From assembly GCF_006345805.1 (NCBI RefSeq), contig NC_042999.1, positions 151,652,001 to 151,716,000 of the forward strand: a stretch of DNA of 64,000 nt. The letters run 5' to 3'. The notes under the pieces were generated by a model. That model saw only the letters and a program-made list of their open reading frames with translations, had not been told where the DNA came from and did no database searches. Shown here piece after piece: positions 27,582-42,018 of the stretch (position 1 is the stretch's first letter; each line of letters opens with the position of its first letter). The stretch comes from Octopus sinensis (taxonomy: Eukaryota). The position numbers and the translations under genes are program-made.

Positions 27582-27764
27582 TCCACCACCCTCATTACAA
27601 CTATCATTACCGCTGTTATGAAAGCCTATTGCTACCACCACCACCACTGTCACCACCACCACCACCACACCATCACTACTATCATTACTACGACAATACT
27701 ATATCCTTAAATATATGTATGTATATATATATATACATATATATATGTGTGTATGTGTGTGTGG

Positions 27765-27800
<36 letters not shown>

Positions 27801-28809
27801 TAGATATATATATATATATGTATATTTATATGTATAAATATCTATCTATCATCTATCTATCTATCTATCTATATATATATATATATATATATAATATAAT
27901 ATATAGACACACATATATATATAGTATATATATATATGTATACATATCTATCTATCTATATGTATATATATACACATACATGCACACACACACACACACA
28001 CACACACACCACACACACATATATAGGCTGTTCAATAGTATACTTTTTCCTGTTTCCTTTCCCTTTTCCTTTTAATTTTTCTTTTTCTTCTTCTGTCTCC
28101 TTACTCCTCTTCCCCCTTCTCTTCCTGCTAATTTGTCACAAACACGCAGATGACGACGATAACGATGATGATGATGATGATGATAACGATGACATTGACG
28201 ATGGCGATACCATCATCATCATCATCATCTTCAACACCATTACCATCAGCATGAATTTTTTAAAATCCTATGGCTTCTCCCTTTGTTTATGTTCTTTCAT
28301 CATTTATAATGCTTTTTTATTTTTATTTTTTTAAAGTTCTTTAGTTTTTTTTTTTTTTTTTTTTTTTTTTTGTCTTTTCTATAATTTGTTTCTATTTGTC
28401 ATTTCAGCAGGGTGAGCATGTGTGTACATGTACACACACACATATTTATGTGTGCGTGTGCGTGCGTGCGTGTGTGTGTGTGTGTGAGTGTGTGTGTGTG
28501 TGTGTATTTTGGATTTGTTTGTTTGTGTTTGTGTATGTGTATGTACATGTTCTATATGTGTGTATTTATCTACTTTGCTGTAGTGTCTACATCTACATAT
28601 CTGTATGTGTATGTATGTATGTGTATTCACATGTGTGTATGTGTTTATGTGCACAGTTTGTTGTGTGTGCATGTGTATGTATGTATGTGTATGTATGTAT
28701 ATGCATGTATGTATGTATGTGTGACTGCTTGTATTTCTGTGTGTGTGCTTATGTGCACAATTTTTGTGTGCATGGGCATGTCTGTATGTATATGCATGTA
28801 TGCATGTGT

Positions 28810-29310
28810 GACTGCGTGTATATATGATGTGTGTGCTTATGTATGCAATTTGTTGTGTGTGCATGTGTATGTCTGTATGTGTGTGTATGTGTATGTATGT
28901 GTGTATGTATGTGTGACTGCGTGTATATATGATGTGTGTGCTTATGTATGCAATTTGTTGTGTGTGCATGTGTATGTTTGTATGTGTATGTATGTGTATG
29001 TATGTGTGTATGTATGTGTGACTGCGTGTATATATGATGTGTGTGCTTATGTATGCAATTTGTTGTGTGTGCATGTGTATGTTTGTATGTGTATGTATGT
29101 GTATGTATGTGTGTATGTATGTGTGACTGCGTGTATATATGATGTGTGTGCTTATGTATGCAATTTGTTGTGTGTGCATGTGTATGTTTGTATGTGTATG
29201 TATGTGTATGTATGTGTGTATGTATGTGTGACTGCGTGTATATATGATGTGTGTGCTTATGTATGCAATTTGTTGTGTGTGCATGTGTATGTCTGTATGT
29301 GTGTGTATCT
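28810..29310. repeat. 105-bp minisatellite, about 5 copies
   Basis: GACTGCGTGTATATATGATG recurs at 28810, 28915, 29020, 29125 and 29230. Confidence 0.92.
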
Positions 29311-29747
29311 TTGATTTTTGTGTGTGAGTGTGTTGATGTGCACAATTTATTGTGGTAAGTGCACTTGCATATCTGTGTGCATATGTGTGTGGTGTGTGTG
29401 TGTGTGTTTGATCAATATATTTGTCAATGCACCAACAGTTGCATCTCACTGTCTGTTAAGTTGGTAGCGCTGTGCAGCAACAGCATTCCTGCTGTTCAAC
29501 TAGTTTGTTCTCTTTTTCGAAACTACTCATTGTTCAACAAAAGCTCTTATTCATTCCACCAAAAAATAAAAAAAAAACAAAACAAAAAAAAACAAAAAAA
29601 AAAAAAAATAATCATTGTTTTGTCATTCTTTTACAACTGCCGCTTCTTCTGCAATTTCTCAAAGTGTATCCCAACAGTCTTCCTTTTCTTGACAATGAGA
29701 GAAAGCAAGAGATGAAAGGCGGGTGACAGGGTGGGAGTAAGAAGTAG

Positions 29748-29782
<35 letters not shown>

Positions 29783-31174
29783 AGAACACGGGTGAAACAG
29801 AGAGAGGAGGATTTGTGGGAGAGAAAGTAAAAGAATGAGATGGTCTGGGATGATTTAATATTTTTTAATTATTTTGTTTTATTTTATTTTTGTTTTAGTT
29901 TTTTTGTGTTTTTTTCTCTAGTAAAGTGAGAAGAATAAAAAAAATATATAAGAATTTTGTCAGTTTCTTTATTGAAAGAAAAAAATATCATATGAAAAAG
30001 AAAAAAAAGAACCTAGTAACCATCACGCTTATCCTCTACCATCACAGCTCCTACTAATGCTGTTGCTACTACTATTACTACTATCATGTCATCACAGTCC
30101 TTTACCTCATAATCTGCACACACCTCCAAGCCACCCCACCCCCATTGGACCATTATTCTCACTGTCATCCCTACCATTGCCATCATCACCATCTTTTATA
30201 TTCTTTCCTCCTCCTCTTCTCCATCCCACCTCCCACCATGTTCTTCTTCATCTTCATCCCTGATGTTGGTACCACCTTTGTTGTCACTGTCATTATTGAC
30301 ACTCTTGTTATTGTTGCCATCGTCAACGTCACTATTTTCATCATCTTCATCATCATCATCATCATCATCATCATAATTGTCATCATCGTCATCAGCAACA
30401 TTATCATTTTTGCACTGCCACCACCACCACCACCACTGCTATCACAGAATTCAATTACTATGACTGTTGCCAAGGTATCAAAACATTTTAAACTGTTATT
30501 AATCATGGCCCCAAATCAAAGATGAACTTTGGTCTGTCTGTGTTAAGCACCATTAAATACAATTGGTTTGTTTGTGTAAAGCACATTTTGAATTCCCTCA
30601 CGTGTGTTTGTGTGTGTGTGTGTGTGTTTGTGTGTGTGTGTAAATATACGGATTGAAGTCTTATCTCTTTATTGTCACTCTAGTACTCTTACATTTGTTG
30701 CCTGAGACAGACTGTCAGCTGAAGGACTGGTGGTTCATGTCATATAGTCAGTGTTCTGTTGTGCCCAAGACTAAGGCACCTAAAGCTTTGTGGCTTAGTT
30801 CCTGTTGATATGAATAAGTACCAGTTATAGGTACAGCTCATGGATGTATTGTTTTCTCTTTTGTTTATTTTAAGACTTTTTTTAGAGGAGAAGGAGTGGC
30901 TGTACACACATCCTTCCTAGTTTGTCCATGATTGGTGTAATCAATACTGCTTAAGTTCAAGTTGAGCACCTGCTCAGTGGAGTGGGAATTACAGAGGTTT
31001 GATGTTCTGGAAGGGATTGGTCGTAGGGATATGTGTTTAGTGCAAAGCCTTGGAGCTAGACACAAGAAATGTGATGAAAAGAAGCAAGAAAGCTGTGATG
31101 TTTGATCTTGGATGGCAATGGTAAGTAATTAGGCTGGATTTGTGGAATAAAGATAGAATATTTTAATTTTCTTT

Positions 31175-31565
31175 TTCTTTTTCTTTTACTTGTTTCAGTC
31201 ATTTGACTGTGGCCATGCTGGAGCACCGCCTTTAGTCAAGCAAATCAACTCCAGGACTTATTCTTTGTAAGCCTAGTACTTATTCTATCAGTCTCTTTTG
31301 CTGAACCACTGGGTTACGGGATGTAAACGCACCAGCATTGGTTGTCAAGCAATGTTGGGGGGATAAACACACACAAACATATTCACATGCATACATATTT
31401 ATACGACAGGCTGCTTTCAGTTTCTGTTTACCAAATCTACTCACAAGGCTTTAGTCGGCCTGAGGCTATAGTAGAAGACACTTGCCCAAGGTACCACACA
31501 GTGGGACTGAACCCGGAACCATGTGGTTGGTAAGCAAGCTACATACCACACAGCCATACCTGTGT
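31175..31565 (-). mobile_element. Family A SINE
   Basis: Reverse complement of 19262-19684. Confidence 0.85.
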
Positions 31566-31599
31566 CTATGTTTATCTTTTATCTTTTATCTAAATATTA

Positions 31600-32341
31600 A
31601 ACAGTAAATCTATTCAATAAAATCTGGTCTCCAGATGACTTCGGAATCTCCAGCAACCCTTCTTGATGGTCTCCTTGTTAGTGAATGCTGCCATAATCCT
31701 TGCCTTCAGTTCATCTTTGGTGTTACAAGGAGTTTTGTTCGTCACTTGCTCAACTGTGCCCCACACATAATAATCAAGGGGGTTGCAGTCTGGGGAGTTA
31801 GACGGCCAGATGTTAGGCGTGATGTAGTCGCAGAAATTGTCTGACAACCATGACTAGGTTCTCCTACTTGTGTGGCATGGTGCAGAGTCCTGTTGCCAGA
31901 CATAGGGGATTCCAGCAGCCAGCCCTTTGATCCAGGACAGCACTACCGTCTCCAGGCACTTGATGTAGGCCTCTGTATTGAGTGTGAGGCCATGTGGGAA
32001 AATGAATGGAGGCATAAGATCGTGATAACTCCAAACACCATGATGTTGACTGGATGTTTGATTTTTATCACTCTCAGTACATGTTTTGGCTACACGGCAA
32101 GCCAATGGTTGTCCTGTGTGTTCACTGCCTGTTTATATTGGAGCTTCCAGCATGAATGTCAAGCAGTGCAGCATGTCATTTCCAAATTTCTGGCAGAGTG
32201 AATTGCATCATGGTGCTGTTTTCCTCACAGGCAGTACCCAACTGACTCTATTATACTGTGTAGTCAACAAAATCAAAAACAATGTGCATGAATGAAATTA
32301 AAAGCATAAAATTGTGATAGTTTAACTATCGCACCCTGTAT

Positions 32342-32342
<1 letters not shown>
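31600..32342 (-). mobile_element. Tc1/mariner maT-type (DD37D) transposon, internally deleted
   Basis: Minus strand WQQD-SAPCHTSRRT*SWLSDNFCDYITPNIWPSNSPDCNPL-D gives 37 residues between the aspartates, counting one in-frame stop. End TACAGGGTGCG at 32342, matched by the same TIR at 56088. Confidence 0.85.
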
Positions 32343-32404
<62 letters not shown>

Positions 32405-32408
<4 letters not shown>

Positions 32409-32560
32409 GTTGAAATTTATAGAAAAACAAAATACAAAGACAGGTGTATGAACAACAAGCAAGTTTATTAGTTTGATGCTTGGGAAAAATGAAAAAGTCT
32501 TTTATATTTTGAGTCTATGCTCTTCAACAGAAAGGAATAAGAAAAAATAAACAGAGAGAG
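32405..32560 (-). mobile_element. PLE pLTR fragment
   Basis: Reverse complement of the 8500-8682 family. Confidence 0.65.
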
Positions 32561-32587
32561 AATGAAAAAATCGTGTAGATTTTTCTG

Positions 32588-32730
32588 CTGCTTGTGTGAT
32601 GACATGGTGCAGAGTCCTGTTGCCAGACATAGGGGGTTCCAGCAGCCAGCCCCTTGACTCTGGACAGTACTACCATCTCCAAGCACTTGATGTAGGCCTC
32701 TGTTGATTGTGAAGCCATGTGGGAAAATGG
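32588..32730 (-). pseudogene. Second maT transposase fragment
   Basis: [34 protein letters not shown], near-identical to 31870-32000. Confidence 0.8.
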
Positions 32731-32910
32731 CTAATATATATGTGTGTGTGTGTCTGTGTGTCTGTGTGTGTATATACATATACATATATATACATACATA
32801 CATATATATATATATATTTGTATGTATGTATATATATATGTGTGTGTGTGTATACATATACATATATATTTATATATATATATATACACATATATATATA
32901 TATACATACA

Positions 32911-35262
32911 TATCCGAGTTGATAGTTCCATGGTAGCTAAGGCAATTAGAAGCATGAAGACAGGGAAAGCCCCAGGCCCATCAGGAATTACTGCAGAGAT
33001 GCTCAAAATATCTGGCAGTGTCGGCTATAACCTAGTCACCCGTATAGTCAACCAGGTGATACACGAAGGAGTCATACCCAATGACTGGTGCAGCAGCATA
33101 CTAGTCAACTGCTACAAAGGTAAAGGTGATGCCCTAGATACAAATAATTACAGAGGTATCAAGCTGTTGGATCAAGTAATGAAGGTTACGGAGAGGGTCA
33201 TAGCCCAACTAATTAGAGAGAGAGTTAGTTTAGATGAGATGCAGTTTGGGTTTGTGCCAGGAAAAGTACCACTGATGCTATATTCCTGGTAAGGCAGCTG
33301 CAGGAGAAATACCTAGCCAAAGATAAGCCCCTGTACCTGGCTTTCGTTGACATGGAGAAAGCTTTTGATAGGGTCCCCCGATCCCTTATCTGGTGGTCAA
33401 TGAGGAAACTAGGGATAGATGAATGGCTGGTGAGGACTGTGCAAGCCATGTACAGAGATGCCGTAAGTAAGGTTAGGGTTGGCAACATGTACACAGAAGA
33501 ATTCAAAGTAGAGGTTGGGGTCCACCAGGGTTCAGTACTCAGCCCCCTCCTATTTATCATAGTACTCCAGGCAATTACGGAGGAATTCAAGACAGGTTGT
33601 CCCTGGGAGCTCCTCTACGCTGACGACCTTGCTCTTATTGCTGAGTCACTATCAGAACTGGAGGAGAAGTTCCAGGTGTGGAAGGAGGGTTTAGAATCGA
33701 GGGGCCTTAGAGTCAACCTAGCTAAAACCAAAGTACTAATAAGTAGGAAGGTAGACAATCCACAAATGTCTTCAGGAAGATGGCCCGGCTCGATCTGTAG
33801 AAAAGGTGTAGGTAGAAACTCTATAAGATGTACCCAGTGTAAGCTATGGACACATAAGAGGTGCAGCAATGTCAAAGGTAGGCTAACTGGGAAGATAGTT
33901 TTTGTATGTGGCAGATGCTCGGGAGCATTAACCTCCAAAAATCTGCAGAAAACAACTTCCGTCACTTTCCAGGGGGAAAAACTAGAAGTAGTTGATAGCT
34001 TCCGTTATCTAGGTGATCAAGTCAGTAGTGGGGGTGGGTGCGCTGAAAGTGTAACTGCTAGAATAAGAATAGCCTGGGCAAAGTTTAGGGAGCTCTTACC
34101 TCTGCTGGTGACTAAAGGCCTCTCGCTCAGAGTAAAAGGCAAACTGTATGATGCGTGTGTACGAACAGCCATGCTACATGGCAGTGAAACATGGGCCGTG
34201 ACTGCTGAGGACATGCGTAAGCTCGTGAGGAATGAAGCCAGTATGCTCCGATGGATGTGTAATGTCAGTGTTCATACTCGACAGAGCGTTAGCACCTTGA
34301 GAGAAATGTTGTACCTAAGAAGCATCAGTTGTGGTGTGCAAGAGAGACGATTGCGCTGGTATGGTCATGTGGCGAGAATGGATGAAGATAGGTGTGTGAG
34401 AAAGTGCCAATCCCTAGCAGTTGAGGGAACCCGTGGAAGAGGTAGACCCAGGAAAACCTGGGACGAGGTGGTGAAGCACGACCTTCGAACTTTAGGCCTC
34501 ACTGAGGAAATGACCAGCGACCGAGACCTTTGGAAATATTCTTTACGTGAGAAGACCAGGCAGGACAAGTGAGCCCAGCCCACTTATGAATGCCTTTCCT
34601 CCCTTGGACACAAAGACCTGTTGAGGCAAGCGAAGTCGATATAGAACCTCATCCGACGACAGGCACCCATGCCAACCCCCTCTGCTTGCGAAGACATGTT
34701 GGGGCAAGCGAAATCGAAACCGAATTGAACCAGCCAGGATCCCTGGTCTGGTGGTACGTAAAAAGCACTATCCGACTCGTGGCCGATGCCAGCGCCGCTT
34801 CCACTGGCTTCCGTGCCGGTGGCACGTAAAATACTCCAATCCGACCGTACGACAGGCACCCATGCCAACCCCCTTTGCTTGTGAAGACATGTTGGGGCAA
34901 GCGAAATCGAAATCGAATTGAACCAGCCAGGATCCCTGGTCAGGTGGTACGTAAAAAGCACTATCCGACTCGTGGCCGATGCCAGCACCGCCTCGACTGG
35001 CTTCCGTGCCGGTGGCACATAAAATACACCAATCCGACCGTGGCCGTTGCCAGCCTCGCCTGGCACCTGTGCAGGTGGCACGTAAAAAGCACCCATTACA
35101 CTCACGGAGTGGTTGGCGTTAGGAAGGGCATCCAGCTGTAGAAACATTGCCAGATTAGACTGGAGCCTGGTGCAGCCTTCTGGCTTCCCAGATCCCCGGT
35201 CGAACCGTCCAACCCATGCTAGCATGGAGAACGGACGTTAAACGATGATGATGATGATGATG
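32911..35262 (+). mobile_element. RTE LINE copy 2, 5'-truncated, one frameshift
   Basis: RT text closely matches copy 1. Frameshift near 33265 (ORFs 32744..33292 and 33352..34572). 3' UTR with a ~190-bp duplication and a (GAT)n tail. Confidence 0.96.
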
Positions 35263-35297
35263 ACATATGTATAGATAGATAGTTAGATAATGTACAT

Positions 35298-35659
35298 CAA
35301 TGTTTCTCAACCTTTTTATCCTTGCATAACCCTTAAAATAAATTACATGTCTCAAGGAACCCCTGTACATAATAAATTATAATACCATATCTTTCTCATA
35401 TTTTTTTCATCATAGTTCATTTGGTATATATATATATATAGGGTATCCATAAATTACAGACATCACTAAATATATCCCCAATGGTTATATTTTTTTGATA
35501 ACATAACAAGTTAGATAGGATGATGTCTATTTTACAATATTACAATAACCAATAAATATGTTCTGCGTGTATAGTAATATTACGATCATGAAATTAGCAT
35601 TAGCTTATCTCACTCTTTCTCCTAGGAACCTTTTGCGGAACCCAGATTGAGAAATGCTG
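35298..35659. mobile_element. hAT (Charlie-like) MITE
   Basis: CAATGTTTCTCAACC ... GATTGAGAAATGCTG ends with a perfect 8-bp TSD ATGTACAT at 35290-35297 and 35660-35667. Confidence 0.9.
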
Positions 35660-36541
35660 ATGTACATGGTAAAATAATAAGCGTGTGGTTAAGAAGTTCA
35701 CTTCCCAGGTTACAGGTTCAGTTCCACTGCATAACACTTTGAACAAGTCTTTGTAGTAGGCTGGCACAATCAGTAGAATATTTTAAGATCTCTGTGAAAC
35801 CTTAAGAAGTTAGTATTGAGCTTTGTCCCTCTAGATTACAATAAACTAAGTACCAGACAAGTACAGAAATAGTTTCCCTCTAAATGCTACGGCTTGTGAA
35901 GCAATAATCTACTATAATAATACTCTTGTGTATTTCTCAGTCACAACATATGAATGAGAAAGGAAGAGGGTGATAGATGAATAAGGAAGGAATGGGTGAT
36001 ACCAAACTGGAAGTGGGATGGTGAACATTCAACACTGAAAAGAAAAATCAAACAGCATTTCAACTCTCTGTGAGTATATGTGTGTATGTGTGCACGTGTA
36101 CAAGGGAAGTATGTGAATGTTTGTATTTGTGATTTATATATAAAATACTACAATTAGCTGTCATTTTTTACTGTACGGGGCCAACTAGTATTGTATATTG
36201 TTATATATTGATTATAGTAGTGCTAGAGAATATATATTTAAATATGAAGAATTAATCTTCTTTCAAAGAATGAAGAATGAAGATGATGTATGTGTTTGTG
36301 TAAACGTGTATATGTGTATGAGTACGTGTGTTTGTGTGCATGTGTGTGTGCTTTGATGTTTGTTTTTATGTTCAGTTATAATAAAAACTATTTTAATTAA
36401 TCTGTTAGGTTACTCTATACGTTTGAAGAATACAAATTTATTTATTCTTAAGCAGGGACGTTATTAACAATGACTTCAAAATTTTGGCTTAACTGTGAAG
36501 AACTTTGAAGTCACAGTCAATAATATTCTTGTTTGAGGATA

Positions 36542-36591
<50 letters not shown>

Positions 36592-37996
36592 AGCTAGGCA
36601 CAGCCCTGTGAGTCACTGGATCCTGTCAAACTGCCCAACTCATGCCAGCTTGTAAAACAGATATTAAGTAATTCTGTATATATGTGTGTGTGTACGTGCA
36701 CGCATGTGTGTATGTGTATGCATCTGTCTGTATATCTGTCTGTCTGTCTGTATGTATGTATGTATGAAAGAAAGAGAAAAAGTTTATGAGTTTACAAGTG
36801 AGAAAACAGTGAGCTTTTAGAGAAATCAAAATATACTGAATTAACCCCCCCCCCAAAAAAATACAAGTCGTAAAAGATTGTAAACTAATAAATAAATTAC
36901 ATAAATTAATAATAGAGGAATAAACATAAATGGAAGCAAGAGTAAGACTGCCGGAACACAATTTCTCTGACACGGAGGTTACGTAAACATTAGCTAACAT
37001 TTAGAAATGCCTCATTACCAAAGTATACATATATAACAAACTGAGAGAAAGTGAGTAATTGAATTGGAGAACAGACTATGAGATCAATCATATAACTTCA
37101 TTGGCTGATGTAGATACTAAACACAACCCTCTTCTTAGGGTCAGGTCATGGTTATTAGAAAATTTACCAGAATTTATATTGATTCTAGTCTGTTTTCAAT
37201 TATATCATGAAAACACTTAATCCTGTGGACTTCTGTGATGTTTTCCTTTTTCTTTTTTTCTCTCTTTGTTTTTTTTTTGTTTTTCTTATTTTTTATTTTT
37301 ATTTATTTATTTATTTATTTTTTTGTCTCTCTAACTCTGTAATATAAGTAAGTATTATTGGAAATTTCCGGAACGGGTTAATGTGCTGGTGTATTGAATA
37401 TAGAGTACGATGACATTTTAAATGCTTTTTCATTTTGGAACTAGTTTGATAAGCTTCGACTAAATGGTTTCAAAAATAAACAATAAAAAACAAGCAAAAA
37501 AGAAACAAGAAACCAAGAATATTACGTTTTATTTGATTCCAAAATAATAATGCTGGTGAGCATAATGATGACAATCAAGATGACGATTATCCTCATTGTA
37601 GTCATATCATCATCATCATCATCATTGCTGTTGTCATTATCATTATCATAGTCACTTTAATGCTTTTCCATGCTTGCAAGAGGTTGGTAGATTCTTTTCC
37701 TATGGTGGAATACTCTTCCTGTCTGACACCAAACCCCTCTCTCTCTCTCTCTCACTTACATACACACACATACACACATGCATGCACACACACAATTATC
37801 ATCATTTAACATCAATTCCCATGTTGGCATGGGTTGGATGTTTTGACAGAAGCTGACTGTTTTGGCATGTTTTCTATGGCTGGATGCCCTTCCTAATGCC
37901 AACCACTTTACAGAGTGTACTGGATGCTTTTACACAGTGAATGCTCAACACCACATTGGTGGATAGAATTTTTTTATTTGTGTATTTAGGCACCAT

Positions 37997-38855
37997 TTGT
38001 CTGATCAATAAGTATCTGGATTGTTGCCATAGTAACGAAGCTAAGGCACACAGAGTAAAGCCGGTCAGCACAAATTGACCTTAAACTGCTGTGTATGTGC
38101 ACTAAGTTTTAGCTTTCTAGCTCACTTCAGCTGTTTACAGCAGTGCTTGGAAGGAAGGTGTGTAGCATGTGATCATCATACTGGCCATGACTGAAAAAAT
38201 TGTCTTGGTGATACCTGCTTAGAAGCCTACACAAAGTTGCAGAAAGTGTATGGAGAGGAGTGTATGAGCCACACACAAGTGTGCAAGTGGTTCAGATGTT
38301 TCCAAGATGGTCATAAAAATGTCAATATTGACTAACGTACTGGGAAACCTGCAACCAGCAGAACTGAGAAAAACATTGCAGATATGCAGGCAGCTGTGAG
38401 GGAAAATCATTGAACCACCGTCTGTGAGTTATCAGAGGGTGCGCAGATTAGTTATGGTTGAGTTCAGTCCATTATCACTGAAAATTTGAGTATGAGATGC
38501 ATATCTGCCAAGATTGTGCTGAAACTGCTTTCAGCTGACCAAAAAGATGTACGGGTTTCAGTTGCGCAAGATCTCCTTGATTGTGCCGAGAACAATGAAA
38601 GCTTTTTGAAAACTTTGCTTGGCAAAATTTGATGCAGAGTCTCTGCTCAGCTTTCAGTCATGATCAATGTGATGATCACATGCCACAGACCTTCCTTCCA
38701 AGCACTGCTGTAAATAACAGAAGTAAGCTTGAACCTTAAAACTTAGTGCACATGCACAGCAGGGTTCAAGGTCAATGTGTGTCAAGCAGCTTCACTCTTC
38801 ATGCTTTAGCTTCATCACTATACAAACAGTCCGGATACTTATTAATCAGACCACA
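37997..38855 (+). mobile_element. Mariner-family element, internally deleted, long TIRs
   Basis: About 180-bp imperfect inverted repeats (gtctgatcaataagtatc.../...gatacttattaatcagac). Interior encodes a decayed mariner N-terminal region (YGEECMSHTQVCKWFRCFQDG...ISAKIVLKLLSADQK...RVSVAQDLL). Confidence 0.85.
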
Positions 38856-39002
38856 CATACACACACACGTGTGCGCATGCACATACAGATATATCATCAT
38901 TATCATCATCATCATCATCATTTAATGTCTGTTGTCCATACTGGCATGGATGGAACATAATTATATACATTCACACACAAATGCATATATATATATATAT
39001 AT

Positions 39003-39169
39003 AGGCACAGGATTGACTGTGTGGTAAGGAGCTTGCTTACCAACCACATGGTTCTGGATTCAGTCTCACTGTGTGGCATCTTGGGAAAGTGTCTTCTACT
39101 ATAGCCTCCGGCTGACCAAAGCCTTATGAGTGGATTTCGTAGATGGAAACTAAAAGAAGCCCGTTGTGT

Positions 39170-39229
<60 letters not shown>

Positions 39230-39455
39230 ATATATATGTATATATGCATGTGTATGTGTTTGTGTGTCTGTGTTTGTTCCCCACCCCCATCACTTGACAA
39301 CCAATGCCGGTTTGTTTACATCCTCATAATTTAACAGTTCAGCAAAAGAGACCTATAGAATAAGTACTAGGCTTACAAAGAATAAATCCTTTGTTCAACT
39401 ACAGGTGGTGCTCCAGCATGGCGGCAGTCCAATGACTGAAACAAATAAAAGAATA
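39003..39455 (+). mobile_element. Family A SINE
   Basis: Matches 19262-19684. Confidence 0.85.
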
Positions 39456-39459
39456 GCTC

Positions 39460-39663
39460 TCCTGTATGACCCCTCTGTCTGGCATTCGCCATGATAGATC
39501 ACTAGCCACTAAACCTTTTCTATTTTCTGTCCCTGCATTCCTTTCTGTCAAAGAGCGTAGGCTCGAAACATAAAAGACTTTCTCACTTCCCAAGCGTTAA
39601 ACCAATACATCTGTTTGTTGTTTACACACCTGTCTTCGTCTTTCGTTTTTTTTTTGTAAATTC

Positions 39664-39670
<7 letters not shown>
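39460..39670 (+). mobile_element. PLE pLTR fragment
   Basis: tagctctcctgtatgacccctctgtc... matches the reverse complement of 44040-44100 and carries the GAGC-GTAG-GCTC-GAAA motif. Confidence 0.7.
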
Positions 39671-39702
<32 letters not shown>

Positions 39703-40055
39703 TATATATATATGTATATATAAATGCATGTGCATGTGTGCCTGAATGATGTAATGCAGGGATGTTAAATCCATTACACAAGGGTTACATCCCTGAACAC
39801 AACACAAAACAACATAAATACAAATAAACAAAACCAAGTACTTATTCTTATTATCTCATCTTTGTAGCATATGCTACCAGGTCAGCATTATTTTGCCATC
39901 AGGTGAAACAAAGCACTCTATATATATAGGGCACAGCATTTAAATACCATGTTGTATTTTATCAAAAGAAAAAAAATTTAGTTCCATATTGCTTTTCATC
40001 CAACTAGTATCAATAAAACTGTACCAGTAATACACCTGAGTTGATTTGACTGAAC

Positions 40056-40087
<32 letters not shown>

Positions 40088-40267
40088 TGTATGTATGTAT
40101 GTATGTATGTGTGTATGTCTTATAATAATACATTTATATATATTCCATCAAAAGAAATTGATATTTCAGATAAGCTCTATCTATGCATCTATTTCCATAG
40201 GTGCACATTGCAGAGGTTCTTTGATCATAAATATATATATATATATATATATTATATGTGTTTACAC

Positions 40268-40346
<79 letters not shown>

Positions 40347-40702
40347 TGCTGTATGTAGGAGTGAGGCAATTTTCTGATCTTACAACATGGGGAAACGATT
40401 AAAGGACTGATCACTGAAATACTTTGAAATGATTGAAGTTTTGGGGTACTTTTTATCATATTTGCTCATGGTCACACTTTCTAATTTTCTTTTCTCTTTT
40501 TTTTTTTAGTGCGTATTTGTGTCCATGTGTGTATATGTGTTTGTGTGTGTGTGTGTATGTGTGTGTTTCTTCTTTCTTGTCTCTCTATTCACAGGATATA
40601 TTTCTGATTGAAATAATGTTTTCTCCTTCAATATGTTTGTATGAGTGTGTAAGTATGCTAGTGTGTGTATGATGTGTGTGTCAGTGAGTTTATGTATTTG
40701 AA

Positions 40703-40739
<37 letters not shown>

Positions 40740-41384
40740 GTGTGTGCATGGTGTGTGTGTCAGTGAGTTTATGTATTTGAATGCCTGTGTGTGTGTGTGT
40801 GTTAGTGTGTATGGTTATGAATGTTCATGAACAAGTGAATGGTTTGTGGTTGGTGTTAGTATGTATGAGTGTATATGTGTCTGTGCATGCAGCTATGGGT
40901 TTCCATACACTTGTATCTTATGGTTGTGCATGGTTGTCAGTATATACATATAGATACAAATGTGGACACAAGCATAGCAAAATGGTTAAGAAGTTCATTT
41001 TACACTCATGAGATCCTGGGTTCATTCCTACAGTGTGGTAACTTCCAACCTAATCTAAGGCAGTGGACATTAGGAACTGTTACAGGGTTGGTCAAAATGC
41101 AATGTTGTATCTGCTCTGGTTTTTTAAATTCTCTCTTACTTGTGGGGTTCAAATATCAAGACTTTGAATATTTATCTACAAATCCATGAAGAACCATGAT
41201 GAAGGATACTCTGATGTTTCTCTCTTTTATGTCTAATATTAGAGCATAAAATTTCAAGATATATACCCGTCTATGAAGAATTACTACTTACTGTCACTTA
41301 TCTGATTTTCTTGTTTTTGCTGCTAAATTTCATATGTAATTTTACACTCACTTCTGTGTAAGTATTTCTTATAGTACCGCCTGA

Positions 41385-41965
41385 TTGGCACCAGTGCCAG
41401 TGGCACGTAAAATGCACCAGTCAAGCGTGATCGTTGCCAGTGCTGCCTGACTGGTCCCATGCCAATGGCACATAAAAAACACCATTTAAGTGTGGCTGAT
41501 GCCAGCACTGCCTCACTGGCCCTCATGCCGGTGGCACGTAAAAAGCACCCACTACACTCTCGGAGTGGTTGGTGTTAGGAAGGGCATCCAACTGTGGAAA
41601 CATTGCCAGATCAGATTGGAGCTTGGTGCAGCCTCCTGGCTTGCCAACCCTCAGTCAAACTTTCCAAGCCATGCTAGCATGGATAGCGGGCATTAAGCGG
41701 ACAATGACGACGATTTGATGCCATTAGTGATGACCTACCTTTATTTTAGTGTAGCATGTAAAAAGCACTCATGCCAGTTCCATGTAAAAGCATCCAGCAC
41801 ACTCTGTAAAGTGATTGGCATTAGGAAGGACATTCAGCCATAGAGACCATACCAAATCAGACTGGTGCCTGGTGCAGCTCTCCAGCTTACTAGTGCTGGT
41901 TAAACCGCCCAATCCATGCCAGCATGGACAACGGACATTAAATGATAATGATGATGATGATGATA
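41385..41965 (+). mobile_element. Two tandem RTE-tail retrocopies
   Basis: Two conserved 3' modules ending near 41712 and 41965. Confidence 0.75.
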
Positions 41966-42018
41966 TCTATCTATCTATCTATATATATATATACACACAC
42001 ATGTATATATATGGATAT

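Noticed and set aside
23852-29449. Long ORFs rich in Y/I/C/V/H/T (for example 28379..29449 and 25094..25546)
   Set aside because: These are translations of TA/TG/TATG microsatellites, which lack stop codons. The same applies to similar ORFs across the window.
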